The position numbers and the translations under genes were made by a program. Positions 51,385-64,000 of a stretch of DNA of 64,000 bases are shown piece after piece; the stretch's first letter is position 1; every line of letters starts with the position of its first letter. This DNA comes from Girardia tigrina (Eukaryota), in contig MQRK01199368.1 of the NCBI GenBank assembly GCA_001938485.1, positions 10,761 to 74,760 on the forward strand. The letters run 5' to 3'. The notes under the pieces were generated by a model. The model was not told where the DNA came from. It ran no database searches and saw nothing but the letters and a program-made list of their open reading frames with translations.

Positions 51385-52559
51385 ACTGTTATATAAATGT
51401 CATTTCCATAGGAACTGTCAGTAAGGACAGAATGATAAGGAAAACACTAATATAAAATAATGCTGAAAAATTAATCATATAAAATCTTATGAAAAACTTC
51501 ATATAAAATATTTTAAATAAAAAATCTCATCTTATATTATTTGAAATTTTGCATCTGAAATATTTTAATTTAAACCATTTATCCTATTTTATAACTTAGT
51601 AATCCGAATATCCCATTTGTAGATTTTGCAACAACTTAACTCATAAAAAACTTGTGATATCCTATTTGGATATTTTTTACAATCTTTTTCTATGTTAATT
51701 AAATAAATTTCATATGAAAAGTTTATTATATTATAAATTTTATCTTTTTTTGTCAATTTTAGAAGTCGAGCTCATTCATATGACGGTAGAGAATTGCGCT
51801 GCGTCGATTGTATTTAGTAATATTTATATATTTTGCTTGTTTTTTGTTGTAATTTTGCAAGAGATTGTAGATTAATTAGTTTTTCTTTATAACAAATTAC
51901 AAATATATATTTGACAAAATTTAAATCCTTAACAAAACGGTTTGTTTTATTTATTAATTACAAAGCAATTGAAACAAAATAAGTTGTGGTCAATCTGGCT
52001 CAATGTCGTCGACAATCGTCGTCTAAGTGAATCTGAGAAAGTGCTGCTTAATTAAAATATGTCTGAATGATCACTTTTACGGTTACTATCAATTGCTAAC
52101 ATAATGTTTATTATTAAATATGATTTATTTTTGTTCAATAAAAAAACTTAATTGGAAAAATAAAATACTTCAAATGACAATTTTCAGGAATCTATATTTT
52201 CATGGGAATATTTTATGTTTATCTCGTTTATACAAGTCCACAGAATCTTTCAGAAATATATACGATACAACAATGAGATTTTATATTTATAACAAGTAAA
52301 CCATGTAGCTTAATAAATAACTTCATTTTGATATGAATACTCTAGCTTACCTGGCATTTCTTCCAGCGATTCCTCCACGACAATAGAATTTTCGTATAAG
52401 GTGACTCCTTTTACAAAGATATCCCCATGCACAAAGATATCATCTTGTAACATCTTCCACATTAATTATCTCCAATTGCTAATTTGTCATTAAGTGATTA
52501 AACAAGAATAAATTCACTTTGGAGTTCAATTAGAGAAAAATGTCGAAACATTTGTCAAA

Positions 52560-53263
52560 TTTTGTTAATAATTGACTTATTGTGCTATTAAAAACTTCAA
52601 CAATCGATATAAGCACCATGAGAGATTACGTTAAATCGGCTTTGAACTTTAGAATAAATTCAATAGACCGGTAAATACTATGGTACGCAAAAGAAACAAA
52701 CTGTAATGTTTCGATTGTTGTTTTTATACTATTTTAAGATGCTCTCTTTGGGAGCATGTTACTCATTACGCTTATTTTATTACAAATTTATTCGTGATTT
52801 CACAATTTAACTAACTAAATATCTGGGCTATATATACCGGATGTTGTGAAAGTCTCAGCAAAAAAGCTCGCCAAACAAATAAACATCTTTATTTCTGAAA
52901 ATATAAAGGATACCGCAACAAAACTTTAAATTCAATTTTCTAGATATTTCATGAATGCAGTACAGGTTTTCACCATACCTTTCTGTATACAATGCATATA
53001 TACTTCATAAAATGAGAAACTTTTCTGGTCTTTCATTTTCGGAATTCAAATTGCAAATAGTTTAGAAAGTTGTTAAAAAGTATGACAGTCAACAAAATTC
53101 ATCAATTCTTCAATAACAACATTTACCTAAAATTATTGAGAAAGACACTGGTAATACAACCGGGAAAAGAAAATGCATCGTTTGTAACACTGAAGCAAAT
53201 AAAGTTCAAATAAGCGATCGATTGTGATTTAGGTCTGAGTGTTGTACGCTGTTTTGAGATTTA
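52560..53263 (+). pseudogene. piggyBac transposase C-terminal remnant
   Basis: GKRKCIVC...CDLGLSVVRCFEI* resembles the piggyBac cysteine-rich domain. Confidence 0.5.
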
Positions 53264-53391
53264 AAAATGTTAAGCAATCAGAAAACTGTTAGTTAATCGT
53301 TAACTGTCTTTTAATTTGTAATTATTATATTTTAATTTTCAAATCATTAATCGCTATGCAATTTTATTGCTTTTTAAATAATAATAATTTT

Positions 53392-53423
<32 letters not shown>

Positions 53424-53569
53424 TGTGAGAAGTGGTTGCAACATCAATATCAGAATTCATTTTTAACACCAAAATTTTTTAATATGACAACTCCCTATTT
53501 TCAAACAAATTTCCTTTAATTAAAATTTTCAACTCGCCTCATAAATTTTATTTTACAATGCATTTGTAA

Positions 53570-53900
53570 AATTTGTAAAAAACATTTTACACTTTAAAAA
53601 TAATTTATTATATTCTATAACTTATTTTTGACTTTTTACTATATCAAATTTTTATTATTTTTTGAAATGCATTTTTAAAAATTATATGACAAATAAAATT
53701 AATTTATTCCATTGAATAAAATCCAATGAATGTGTAAAAACTTTAAAAATAATTTATTATATTTGATAACATATTTTTGAACTTTTCTTTTTAATTAAAA
53801 CTTTTTTTTATTATTTTTAGAATGATTTTAAAAATTTTATTACCTATAAAATTAATTTATTTCCTTTAAATAAGATGCAATCAACTTATAAAATTTTAAA
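53570..53900. repeat. AT-rich tandem repeat, ~150-bp unit
   Basis: ACTTTAAAAATAATTTATTATATT...AAAATTAATTTATT recurs at about 53590, 53740 and partially 53890. Confidence 0.6.
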
Positions 53901-53989
53901 AATATTTATTATTATGTATTTTTTTAAAAAAAATATTCTAAACACAATAAAATTATTTTTTACATTTATATAACATCTTTTAAATAACA

Positions 53990-54400
53990 TCTTATCGTGC
54001 CTGGTACTATTGTTATACTTTTTCAAAATTTGCCGGTAGAAATTTTATCAATTTTGAAAGTCATCCTCAGAAACGTATTGCATTTTTGTGGGTCTCCTAT
54101 TCTTATCTTCTTTGAGCGTTGTAACATTGTGTACGGTATTCCTCGCTCTTCTGACCTCTTCCTTAGAAAGGGGAAAGGGTTAATTTTAACGGAGTTATCG
54201 AAATCACCATATATATCATCTCTATGATTTGGTCGTCTAGAACGATGCTTGACAAGGACGATTCCACTGTTGAACAGCTTTTCCTCCTAGTTGACAATAA
54301 CTAGTTGACAATAACGAAGTTTCTACTTCGTTTATCGTATTTCAGCTACACTTTTATCACATTCGTGACACCAACATGCTGTCAAATTTCTATACTCCAT
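53990..54400 (-). pseudogene. Tc1/mariner (rosa/DD41D-like) transposase N-terminal remnant
   Basis: KLFNSGIVLVKHRSRRP...SVKINPFPFLRKRSEERGIPYTMLQR. Confidence 0.45.
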
Positions 54401-57400
54401 GGTGTATTAACTGGTGTCTGTCATTTCAAAAATATGGCAAAGAAAAAATTAAAATCATAACTTTAGATATCTAATTGCAATAAGATACTGTAAATTTATT
54501 TTTAACTAGTCTACAAGTATAGGATAAAAGTACAAGTATAGGATCTACAAGTACATAGAATAACAATAAATATTTCTGGTAATTTTTACAATGTCTTAGG
54601 GACTTTTGAATCACCTTGTAGGAAAAAAATTTAAATATGAAAATTAAATTGATAATTTTCATTTCAATTTTTCAAAACAGTTAACTTTTTTGGTCGAGGA
54701 AATAAATCTTCAGATCAAAACAATTCAAATAACAGAATTTAAAAAAAAATACTAAGCACTTTTCTTCGTTCGTGGTGTCATTTTCTTGGAATAATTGAAA
54801 ACTGAGGGTACACTAAAATTGTCTTTTCTGACCCAGAAAAGTTATTTTGTCCTTTTGAGTGCATTATGAAAAGNNNNNNNNNNNNNNNNNNNNNNNNNNN
54901 NNNNNNNNNNNNNNNNNNNNNNNNNNNNNNNNNNNNNNNNNNNNNNNNNNNNNNNNNNNNNNNNNNNNNNNNNNNNNNNNNNNNNNNNNNNNNNNNNNNN
55001 NNNNNNNNNNNNNNNNNNNNNNNNNNNNNNNNNNNNNNNNNNNNNNNNNNNNNNNNNNNNNNNNNNNNNNNNNNNNNNNNNNNNNNNNNNNNNNNNNNNN
55101 NNNNNNNNNNNNNNNNNNNNNNNNNNNNNNNNNNNNNNNNNNNNNNNNNNNNNNNNNNNNNNNNNNNNNNNNNNNNNNNNNNNNNNNNNNNNNNNNNNNN
55201 NNNNNNNNNNNNNNNNNNNNNNNNNNNNNNNNNNNNNNNNNNNNNNNNNNNNNNNNNNNNNNNNNNNNNNNNNNNNNNNNNNNNNNNNNNNNNNNNNNNN
55301 NNNNNNNNNNNNNNNNNNNNNNNNNNNNNNNNNNNNNNNNNNNNNNNNNNNNNNNNNNNNNNNNNNNNNNNNNNNNNNNNNNNNNNNNNNNNTTCAGTGA
55401 AAATTTGAAGTTTCTATGTGGTCTAAATGCTGAGATATAGGCAAAAGTAAATGGCCCATTCTTGACAAGATGAAATACAGTGAAGGTATATGAAAAGTGC
55501 TTAAAAAGCCCTTTGCCGAGAAATGATGGTAGAACTTGAAAAATAACGCTAATTTTATAATAGATTTTTATGCGAAATATGTGTTGACTTTACCCTTCTA
55601 AATTCCCTATGATATATGTCGAATTAAAAAATAAAAAAATTAATTTTCGTTTAATTTAAAGTTTGAAATAATCTCTGTTTTGCCTCAATTTAACGATATA
55701 TTATTTTCCTCCGTTAAGATTTTACTTATCAAAATTGTCGAATTAATATTTTCTTCACGTTTTCTTTATTTTCCTCCTAAAGAAAGTCTTTTAAAAGATT
55801 ATTTTACTTTGTAATTTATCTTTTTATTAAAGGGAGATTTGTTAATGAAACAAAATAAAATCAATAATTGTTAACAATATCTATGAAAAAATGAGATAAT
55901 TAAGATATTTATCTTTAACAAACCCCGGGGAATATATTGAATAAAAAAACTAAATAATGACAATATATAATAAAAAATCTTGAACATCATATTATTATTT
56001 TTGATAAAAATTTATTAGCAGTTTTCCCGTACCCACTGAAAGGCTTTACTCTTTAGCAGCTGTTTGTAACAAGCTGGCAAAAATAAAACTAAATATACTT
56101 TTATACATACATATAAATATATAAATTAAGTAATCTAAACAATAGGGGATAGCAAAAGACCGGATATTTATAATACCGCTATTCCCGGTATTGGTTTTTC
56201 CACAAACTTTTTAATACCGGTATTACCGGTATTGGTCATGAAAAATATTCTTATGTGTTTAAGGATAAGACCATCTAATTATTCAAACACTAATTAATTA
56301 ATATTATTGGTTCAAAAAATATTATCATAAGAAGCTCAAAAGAAGAAAATCAAAAACTCATTCACTAATTATATTGACTAAAAAATATGAATGCAAGAAG
56401 CTCAAACAATCCAAAGTAGAATCATTTGTTCTGGATCTTATCTTAGTACAAAACAAACCCGCAGCAGAGAAGACTCTCTCCACTTTAACATTTGATGGAG
56501 TAATTAAAAATATAGCTTGATATAAAAATTCCAAATGTTTTCCCCAGGGATTTTGCTCCATAAACAGTTTTAGTTCTGTTTTGAGGGTGTTTTTGATATT
56601 TTGTTGGATCATTTCAGCTTCACTATTATCAGTTGAAAAATTTTTTCTTTGAATCATTGAATGCAATTTTTCATTCAGTGACAAATTTTCTGATTCAGAT
56701 GGATGCACTGTCTCTGGACTGTTAGTGATTTGAAATGGTAAATTCCCCGCATCATTTAACTTTTTACCACTGGATATAAACGTTCCACCAATTCAATAAT
56801 ATGTTTTGTTAAAGTTGTTCACAGCATTTTATTGAAGATTTAAAAATATTCATCATAATTTATATAACTGTTACAAAATAATGTTACAAAATTCAATAAA
56901 ATATGTTTCACCCTCAATATGCATTGACATTTTTGTAACTTCCTAACATTTTCTATAATGAACTAATCATTTTATATAAATAAATCTATTTAGTAAAAAA
57001 CCCAGCTTATTTATGTCCCATTTTTTCCAACTTGATTGTTTTTTCTTTGTTAAAATTTTAAGTATATGATATATTAAAAAATATCATTTATATTTATTAA
57101 CAGTTATTAGGTAAACGCGATTTGTATTCCCCCCAACTAAAAAGTAAAAAATAGATAGTTTTTGCACTACACAACTAATGAATACGTACTCCTTGACTGA
57201 TCAAATCTTATTTATTTTAATTATTATGTAAAAATGTTAAACTAATAGATTGAAAAATATTAAAACTAAACAAATAAATTCCTAACTTATTTAAAATTGT
57301 AACTAAAAAAGAATTTAAATTAAAACAGATCTAATTAAAATAAAGTTCACTAAAAATTAATTTAAAAAATTAAAATTTCAGAAATAAAGAGTGTAAATAT

Positions 57401-57434
57401 TGTATTTGGATAAAAGTTTTAATTCTTAATTTTA

Positions 57435-58749
57435 ACGAGTGCGCAGGCAAAATCTGGACATATGAAAAATGCATACTATCATTAAATTAAAAATAAATGG
57501 AACATCCAATCAAATTGCAGCATGAATCACATTGGCTAGGGGGTTTCTTGCATAATATTTCGTCATCCTCTCGGCATTTATTTTCTCAGAAAAGACATGA
57601 CAGAGCTACAGCTCCGTGAGAGAGTTCACAACTTTTGGCAGCTGAAATTTTTAAAAGGAAAAGCCTTCACTGTAAACCACTTTGTGAATGAAGGTTGTGC
57701 ACGGTCTACCATCTATACGCTTCTCTCAAACATCTCCAAGAGTTCAAATGTGCATTGGAAGCCAGGAAATGGAGGCCACAATAAAAAGTTAACAAATCAA
57801 CAGTGCGCAAGTATTCGGAGATGGATTCAAACAAAGCGTGGTGTATCTCTCAGACGTGAAGCCAGCAAGTATGGTGTCTGTGCCACGACGATGAGGAATA
57901 TTATCAAAGAAGGTGGTCTAAAATGCCGAAAGAGAAAGAAGACTCCTCAGTACACAGAGGAGCAAATAAAGCGAGTGAAGCTGAGAGCAGGGAAATTACA
58001 CCGAAGTTTGAGTGATAAAAAAATCATCATGGACGATGAGAGCTACTTCAAGTTGAAATGTGATTATCTACCAGGAAATGATCACTACTTTACTTCGAGT
58101 CCTCAATCTGCTCCTGAACACGTCAAATATAGAACAGAAAGAAAGTTCCCTGTTCAGCTGATGGTTTGGCTTTGTGTCTCCGCAGACCACATCAGTGATC
58201 CTATATTTTTGCAGTGGCCAAACAATGTACATGCCGATTTCTATCAAGAGCAGTGCATCAGACAAGGTCTGATGAAGTTTATCAAGAAATATCATCGAGA
58301 TAACGAAATTCTCTTCTGGCCGGACCTGGCTTCTGCACATTATGCTAACAACACTCTCAAACTTCTCCATCATCTCAACATCCCATTTGTTAACAAAGAG
58401 TGTAATCCTCCCAACGTCCCACACTGCCGCCCCATTGAGAACTTTTGGGGCGCTCTAAAGGCGAAAGTGTATGAGGAAGCCTGCGAGGCTCAAACAATCC
58501 CTCAACTACAACAACGGATTAAGAAAATGTTGAAAACAATGAATCAGTCCACGTTGCGGAAGGACTTCAAAGGGATTAAGAAACGCCTTCGTGCTGTGTA
58601 TAGAGAGGGACCACTTTTAATTATTCTGAAAACATTTTCTGTTCCTTACATCTTGCCCTTCAATAAAATATAAACTGCTTCTGCAAATTATATTTCGTCT
58701 TTTCACAATGGTGGTTTAAAATTTGTCCAGATTTTGCCTGCGCACCCGT
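57435..58749 (+). mobile_element. ITm DD37E (ITmD37E-like) Tc1/mariner element, complete
   Basis: TIR ACG(A/G)GTGCGCAGGCAAAATCTGGACA, TA TSD; nested in the hAT remnant. Confidence 0.93.
57597..58673 (+). CDS. DD37E transposase, 358 aa, uninterrupted
   Basis: IIMDDESYF, FWPDLASAHY and NPPNVPHCRPIENFW, with 37 residues between the second D and E. Confidence 0.92.
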   Translation: MTELQLRERVHNFWQLKFLKGKAFTVNHFVNEGCARSTIYTLLSNISKSSNVHWKPGNGGHNKKLTNQQCASIRRWIQTKRGVSLRREASKYGVCATTMRNIIKEGGLKCRKRKKTPQYTEEQIKRVKLRAGKLHRSLSDKKIIMDDESYFKLKCDYLPGNDHYFTSSPQSAPEHVKYRTERKFPVQLMVWLCVSADHISDPIFLQWPNNVHADFYQEQCIRQGLMKFIKKYHRDNEILFWPDLASAHYANNTLKLLHHLNIPFVNKECNPPNVPHCRPIENFWGALKAKVYEEACEAQTIPQLQQRIKKMLKTMNQSTLRKDFKGIKKRLRAVYREGPLLIILKTFSVPYILPFNKI

Positions 58750-59039
58750 TAATACCGGTTTTTAAAAATCGTAATACCGGTATTACCGAAGTTAATTTTC
58801 TTTCTAAATACCTATAATATCGGTTTCGGTAATACCGGTATTGCAAACTTTACTAACAATCAAGAATTTTGATCCCACAAATTAAAAACATAAATTACCA
58901 AATAATGAAGTTTGTTATTTGAAGTTCTTTTTTGTGTCAAAATATTTTCAATGGAAAAAATCGTTCCTTTTCCCTAATTCCAAAATTTCCGGTCCGAATT
59001 TTCTTAAATAAACAATTCGACTAATCTTACAATAGTGGG

Positions 59040-59420
59040 TCTCTTATCTCTTTCGAATGTTATTGGGCCTCTAGGCTCTTTAGAAGGTCCACCCAAACTA
59101 AAGAATCACTAGCAGCCCCCGATAGGCCTCCTAAGGGGTCGATAGTTTTGGTCTCCGAGATCTTTCCGGCTTCCCTGTGAGAAATGACCACCCATTGGTT
59201 GTATACCCATGGTTCTGCATACCTTTGGCTGTATTCGTGGACTTTGTACAACCGCGAAAGGGACATCTGCACTATCCCCTTGCAGTTATATCGGTAGTCC
59301 TAAAAGTAAGAAGTGTTTCTTCAGTACCTATCGCTTCTTCCACCGCCGTCGAGACAAACGGGACTCCATCATGGATTGAATCTGGTTATCTGGAATGTTG
59401 AGGTTTTCTACGAATATTGA
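59040..59420 (-). repeat. Dispersed repeat with a decayed C2H2 zinc-finger-like frame
   Basis: CPFRGCTKSTNTAKGMQNH...WSFLTGK; shares GTTTGGGTGGACC-TCTAAAGAGCCTA with 25590-25810. Confidence 0.5.
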
Positions 59421-60482
59421 AATAGTAAAAAATCAAATACTACAATAAATTGTGATAGAAGTGCTACATTTCAGAAGAATTCGCATATTGTAGAGTCATT
59501 CTTACAACGTGATATCTCGTCTCAATGAACATTCGTTTTTTTAATATTCTTTATCTATTAAGTTATTAATATATATTAAAATATTTATTATTAAACATAA
59601 CTAATCCTTTATTATTATAATTTCATAATTTTTATACCTTACAAAGAAAAGAGTTTTTTTGTTATTCTCTAATTAATTTGATTTCCCGTATATTAACTCT
59701 GAGGAATTAACTAGTACCAAAATAAGTTGGAAATTTTAAATATTAAATAATTATTTTTTTATTTTTAATAGTCATTATTTTAAAATACATGTTAAGAAAA
59801 CATTTTTATTCTCAAATCATTAAATAAAAATAATAATTAAAAATTTGTTAATATATATATATATTTGTTAAAATATTTAAAATTTTATAATTGTATTAAA
59901 TATATCAAGAAAAGTTGTTTTTCGTTGAATTTTCATGATTTTAAAAGATTAAAGGTGAAAAATTAATTTTTGAAATTATAATTATAAATTAAGATCAAAC
60001 AAAAACATTAATGCATTTTGTTTAATGGTTGATAGAACAGAAACATTTTGATATTTAAATTAATCTTAATTGTTTTTATACATATCGTAAAAAGTAATTA
60101 TATCAAATATAGAATACCCTGATTATAGCATGTAAATATAAAAAAAAATATTTTTGAAAATAATTGATATTCAATTTTAGTAACATTTGCAAATATCAAC
60201 CAGTTTATGCTATCATTCATCCATGAATGGTCTTACTCTACAGAAACTTACTCTAGCCTAAAACTGTCGATAAGATACTATCTTTGAGTCTTCTTCATCC
60301 TTCAAATTGTTAGTGAATTATTTCCTTAGAATATCGAAGCCTTCGTATGACCATATATAATGAGAGGAAATATTATTATATTATATTATTAAGTTGTCCC
60401 GAAAGTTATGTTACATTTGCAGAAAATTCCACATTGATTAATTTTCATTCTTTAAAGACCATTAAATTCTTTTAAACCATTA

Positions 60483-61310
60483 TTGCGGGTGAACCTAGAA
60501 AAATGTCAATTGCTGAAACGAAAAATTAAATTCCTTGGGCATATAGTTAATGAAGACGGTGTAAAAACGAACCCGTTCAATATTTTAGCAATAAGAACGT
60601 ATGGGAAGCCAAAGTGTGTTAAAAACGTACGAAGTTTTTTGGGCATTTGTAACTATTATCGACGATTTATAAAAGAGTATGCAAAAAAAGCCAGAGTATT
60701 AGAACAATTATGCGGATCGAATAACAATAAAAAACTGAATTGGACAAGCAAGCTAGAGTTAGCATTCAAAGAGATAAAAAATGAATTAATGACAAGCCCG
60801 GTATTGTGTTTTCCAGACTTGAAAAGAGATTTTAATCTAGATACGGATGCTTGTTTTGACACCTTTGAAGCCGTGTTAGCACAGAAGGACGATCAAGGAA
60901 AGGAAATAGGTGTAGCTTATGGATCGCGATCAATGAATAGTCCCGAGAAGGGATATTGTGTTACAAGAAAAGAATTTCTTTCCATGTATTATTTTTGTAA
61001 CCATTTTAGACATTTTCTGTATGGTAAACGGTTTAATTTGCGTACCGACCATAAAGCAATCACATTTATGCTGAACACTAAGAAGCCAATTACATCTCAG
61101 TTTCAAACGAGGATTAACTATCTGAGCAGTGTGGATATAAAGTTAGAATTTTGAAAAGGATCTTTGTACATGAATGCTGATATGCTGTCAAGGATGAATT
61201 GTGATACATGTACTCAATGTTTGATGCAACACGAGGAAGCTATGAAAGAAAAAATTAAGACACATGCACTGGATGTTGTATCAAAAGATGAAACCACAAA
61301 ATCACTCGAA
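60483..61310 (+). mobile_element. Ty3/Gypsy pol fragment (RT C-terminus and RNase H)
   Basis: KC...IKFLGHIV, VRSFLGICNYYRRFI, LDTDAC, YCVTRKE, FNLRTDHKAI, NADMLSR. Confidence 0.92.
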
Positions 61311-61317
61311 AATATTA

Positions 61318-61931
61318 CGTGGTGCTATCCCTAAGTCTTTAGACTCGTAGATAAATAAGATGATGACGTATATGCCGTTGATAATATAAATAGATGAGCT
61401 ATCATTGGTTACAGATATGACTAACCATACCCAACCTGTGTTTGTGAGTTGTGCTTACAGCCATTATTTCACTTTTTACTGTAGACATGGACAGTAACGT
61501 TGAATATCGCAGCGTGATAAAATTTCTGTTCCAGCGCAATTTTAAAAGCTGAGATATTTTGCAGCAGTTGCAGGAAGCTTACGGTGACCAGTGCCCATCA
61601 CGTGCAACAATGTATATTTGGATCAGAGAATGTAAACATGACCGGCAATCTTTTTTTTGATGCTGAGAGATTAGGACGACCGAGTGAAATTTTACCCGGG
61701 AAAAGTGATTTGTGCATGAAGATCGTGTCGGAAGAGAGACAAATAAGCATCCGTGAACTGGCACAGCGTTTATCCATCAGCTACCATTCTACATATGGTA
61801 TTCTGCAATCATTTAGAGTTTGCGAATTGTGTTCACGTTTTGTTCCCCGATTCCTATCCAGGGAAAGGTGCGACAATTGTTTGCAGTGTTGCACTGCATA
61901 TTTGGATTTGCTTCGCACTCATGGTGACTGA
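61318..61931 (+). mobile_element. 5' half of a decayed mariner element (transposase from 61487)
   Basis: TA + CGTGGTGCTATCCCTAAGT TIR-like end; YRSVIKFL, QEAYGDQCPSRATMYIW, ERLGRP, SRFVPRFL (WVPHEL equivalent); contains a stop and a frameshift. Confidence 0.8.
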
Positions 61932-62896
61932 CTAGTCTCATGGAGACTGTTAGTCTCATGAATATTTCAAGGTGGTACAAGGCATTTACATTTATTGATA
62001 TACGTCTTAATGATCCTGATAAGACTTAAGTTTTTGTTGATAGTAAAAGTTAGATGAAATAGACTTTTGTATCTGTATTTAAAATTGATAAATCTCCAAT
62101 TCATTACTATCTGCAATGACTTAATTTTCTTGAAAACAAATCATGGCAATATTCACATTAACTTTCCAAAACTCAAGTCACAAAAAGTGTTACAGCTTGC
62201 CGTATTCTGCTCAACATTCTAACTAATGATCAATTCAGAAAACAAATTATGACTTATGACAAAATATGAATTTATTTAGTCAATAAAAATCAAGGCAAAA
62301 AGTAAATTCCATGAGGTTAAGAAGGACTTTGAAGAATTAAAGTTTTGACGAAACCACCCCCTAATTAGGGTATTTTACAATCAATGTAGGCCTTCCAAAA
62401 GGGTTAATTTAATTCATTTTATGATTTTTCAGAAGCATGTCAACTAGAAAGTTAAATGAAACTAGAAATATTAAATGAAATAATATAATATAATATAATA
62501 AATTATAATATAGTATAATATTACACTATAATATATTATATTTATTAAGCAAAGATAATTTTAAATATCAATAGAATAAAGATCATATATTTTATGCGGC
62601 ATTTAGCATGCGACAAAGCCTAAATTATTAATTAAGAGAAGATCTGACAAATAATCTTTCAATTTTATGTCATTTTAAAATGGTTTTGAAATCAGTTAAT
62701 ATTTTATTTCATAAAGTAATAATTTATTCATGAGGTCTCAAAAATAATATATAACTTTAATAATAATAATAATAAAAAAACAAATTACTTTATATTCTAT
62801 TAATGTAAGTTAAATATGTACATTAGAGATATGACTTAAAAATTCTTTAACGAACAAAAAATTCCCATACCATGAAATGATGAACTTATATATATA

Positions 62897-64000
62897 TATA
62901 AGGTAATAAAAAGAATGGAAAACTAAGAATATTTGGACGCAGAATCTCAATAAATTCCAAAATGCAATCAAGAAAAGAGAAAAAAATTGGTGTCTTCCAA
63001 AATTTATTAGAATCGCTTTGTAGAATACCTAAAGAGAATGCCATTACCGGAAACCATATCGGCCTCGCAGAAATGGGGAATCCAACGAAAGCCGAATTTA
63101 AGCTATTACTCGAGAAATAAAAATCAGTGGAATAATTTAAATCTCCTCATTTTATCATCTCAAACTGTTAATTGTCAAAAATTGACATTTATTTTCTTTC
63201 CCAGTTTTATTAACAATACCGAAATCAAAAAGCGTTTTCATTAATAAAATTTATTTTCTAATCAACAGTTTACCAATTTCAATTTTTTCGCTTCTTTTAC
63301 AATTTAATTTGAAATATTTAAACAACACACATTTATTATAAAATATACAATAAATAAAAATACAAATAATATATACACTAAGAGAGTCATAAGCACATCC
63401 GAACATCATACCAAAGCTAAACGAATTAAATCAACTGCAATCATAATTTACAAATCATCCTTACATCCCCCTCGATTTAAAAGGCTTTAGTCATTTAATA
63501 TTTCTGATGAATATTTTGCCATCTTTAAGCTGTAATTCATATCTCCTTACATGTGGTTTACTGAATACCATTGATGGGCCCATTTATCGATCCCCATCTT
63601 TTGTTGTATTCTCCTTTTTTATTAATACGTAGTGTTGTATCTAGACGGATGGGTTTTCGGTTTTTATTATTGATAATTCTTTTTCTGAATTTTTTTGATC
63701 CTTGGGTGATTGATTCATCCACAGTTGCAACAAATAATCAAGATTTAATAAACAAAACGACACAAGTTTTCTATCATAAATGGGTTTTAAAGTTAAATAA
63801 GCAACAGAATTGTGAGAAAAAATTTATTTAGAGAAGATGTCAATATTGATATAATATATCCGCGGCTGTTGAATTATTATAATCTTTTGCAGGTGGTGGA
63901 AGTATTTGGTTTGTTCTAAAAAAAATCAAATTACGAATAGTTTTCAATATCACAAAAACTAATTGGCAATGCATACGTTCCATTTCAGTTCTACAAAAGT
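62897..64000 (-). mobile_element. 3' end of a Gypsy-like LTR retrotransposon: decayed pol tail, PPT (63473-63466) and 3' LTR (63465-62897)
   Basis: Minus strand GAGGGGGA directly followed by TGTAAGG. The other end CCTTATA abuts a (TA)n run, and a related end fragment sits at ~1724-1750. Confidence 0.6.

Larger units (their letters stand above)
56143..58852 (-). mobile_element. Degenerate hAT element with dimerization-domain remnant (56358-56708)
   Basis: ITPSNVKVERVFSAAGLFCTKIRSR...LDCLSFLHSYF; subterminal AATACCGGTATT palindromes at both ends; imperfect TSD CTAAACAA/CTAACAAT. Confidence 0.7.

Overview
Eukaryotic, strongly AT-rich, repeat-dense genomic DNA with several N gaps. The 46-48 nt introns, base composition and transposon spectrum would fit a freshwater planarian, but that is inference. 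Two host genes lie on the + strand. The first is the 3' exon of a KLHL10-like kelch gene (2012-3196). The second is a hand-assembled 14-exon, ~842-aa coiled-coil gene (6341-35448) with a CEP135/TSGA10-like segment. Most remaining sequence is transposon-derived: mariner/Tc1 (including an intact DD37E element), hAT, MULE, Helitron-type, Merlin and piggyBac remnants, Gypsy fragments and solo LTRs, Penelope remnants with minimal hammerhead ribozymes, and a complete 5S-rRNA-derived SINE with TSD whose head keeps the 5S fold. The least explained part is ~36-51 kb: a run of compact, intronless, decayed ORFs on both strands, one carrying a truncated CHD6-9-type chromodomain. It may be the relic of a large cargo-carrying mobile element or an endogenous DNA virus. 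All family calls come from motif recognition by eye; no searches were run.
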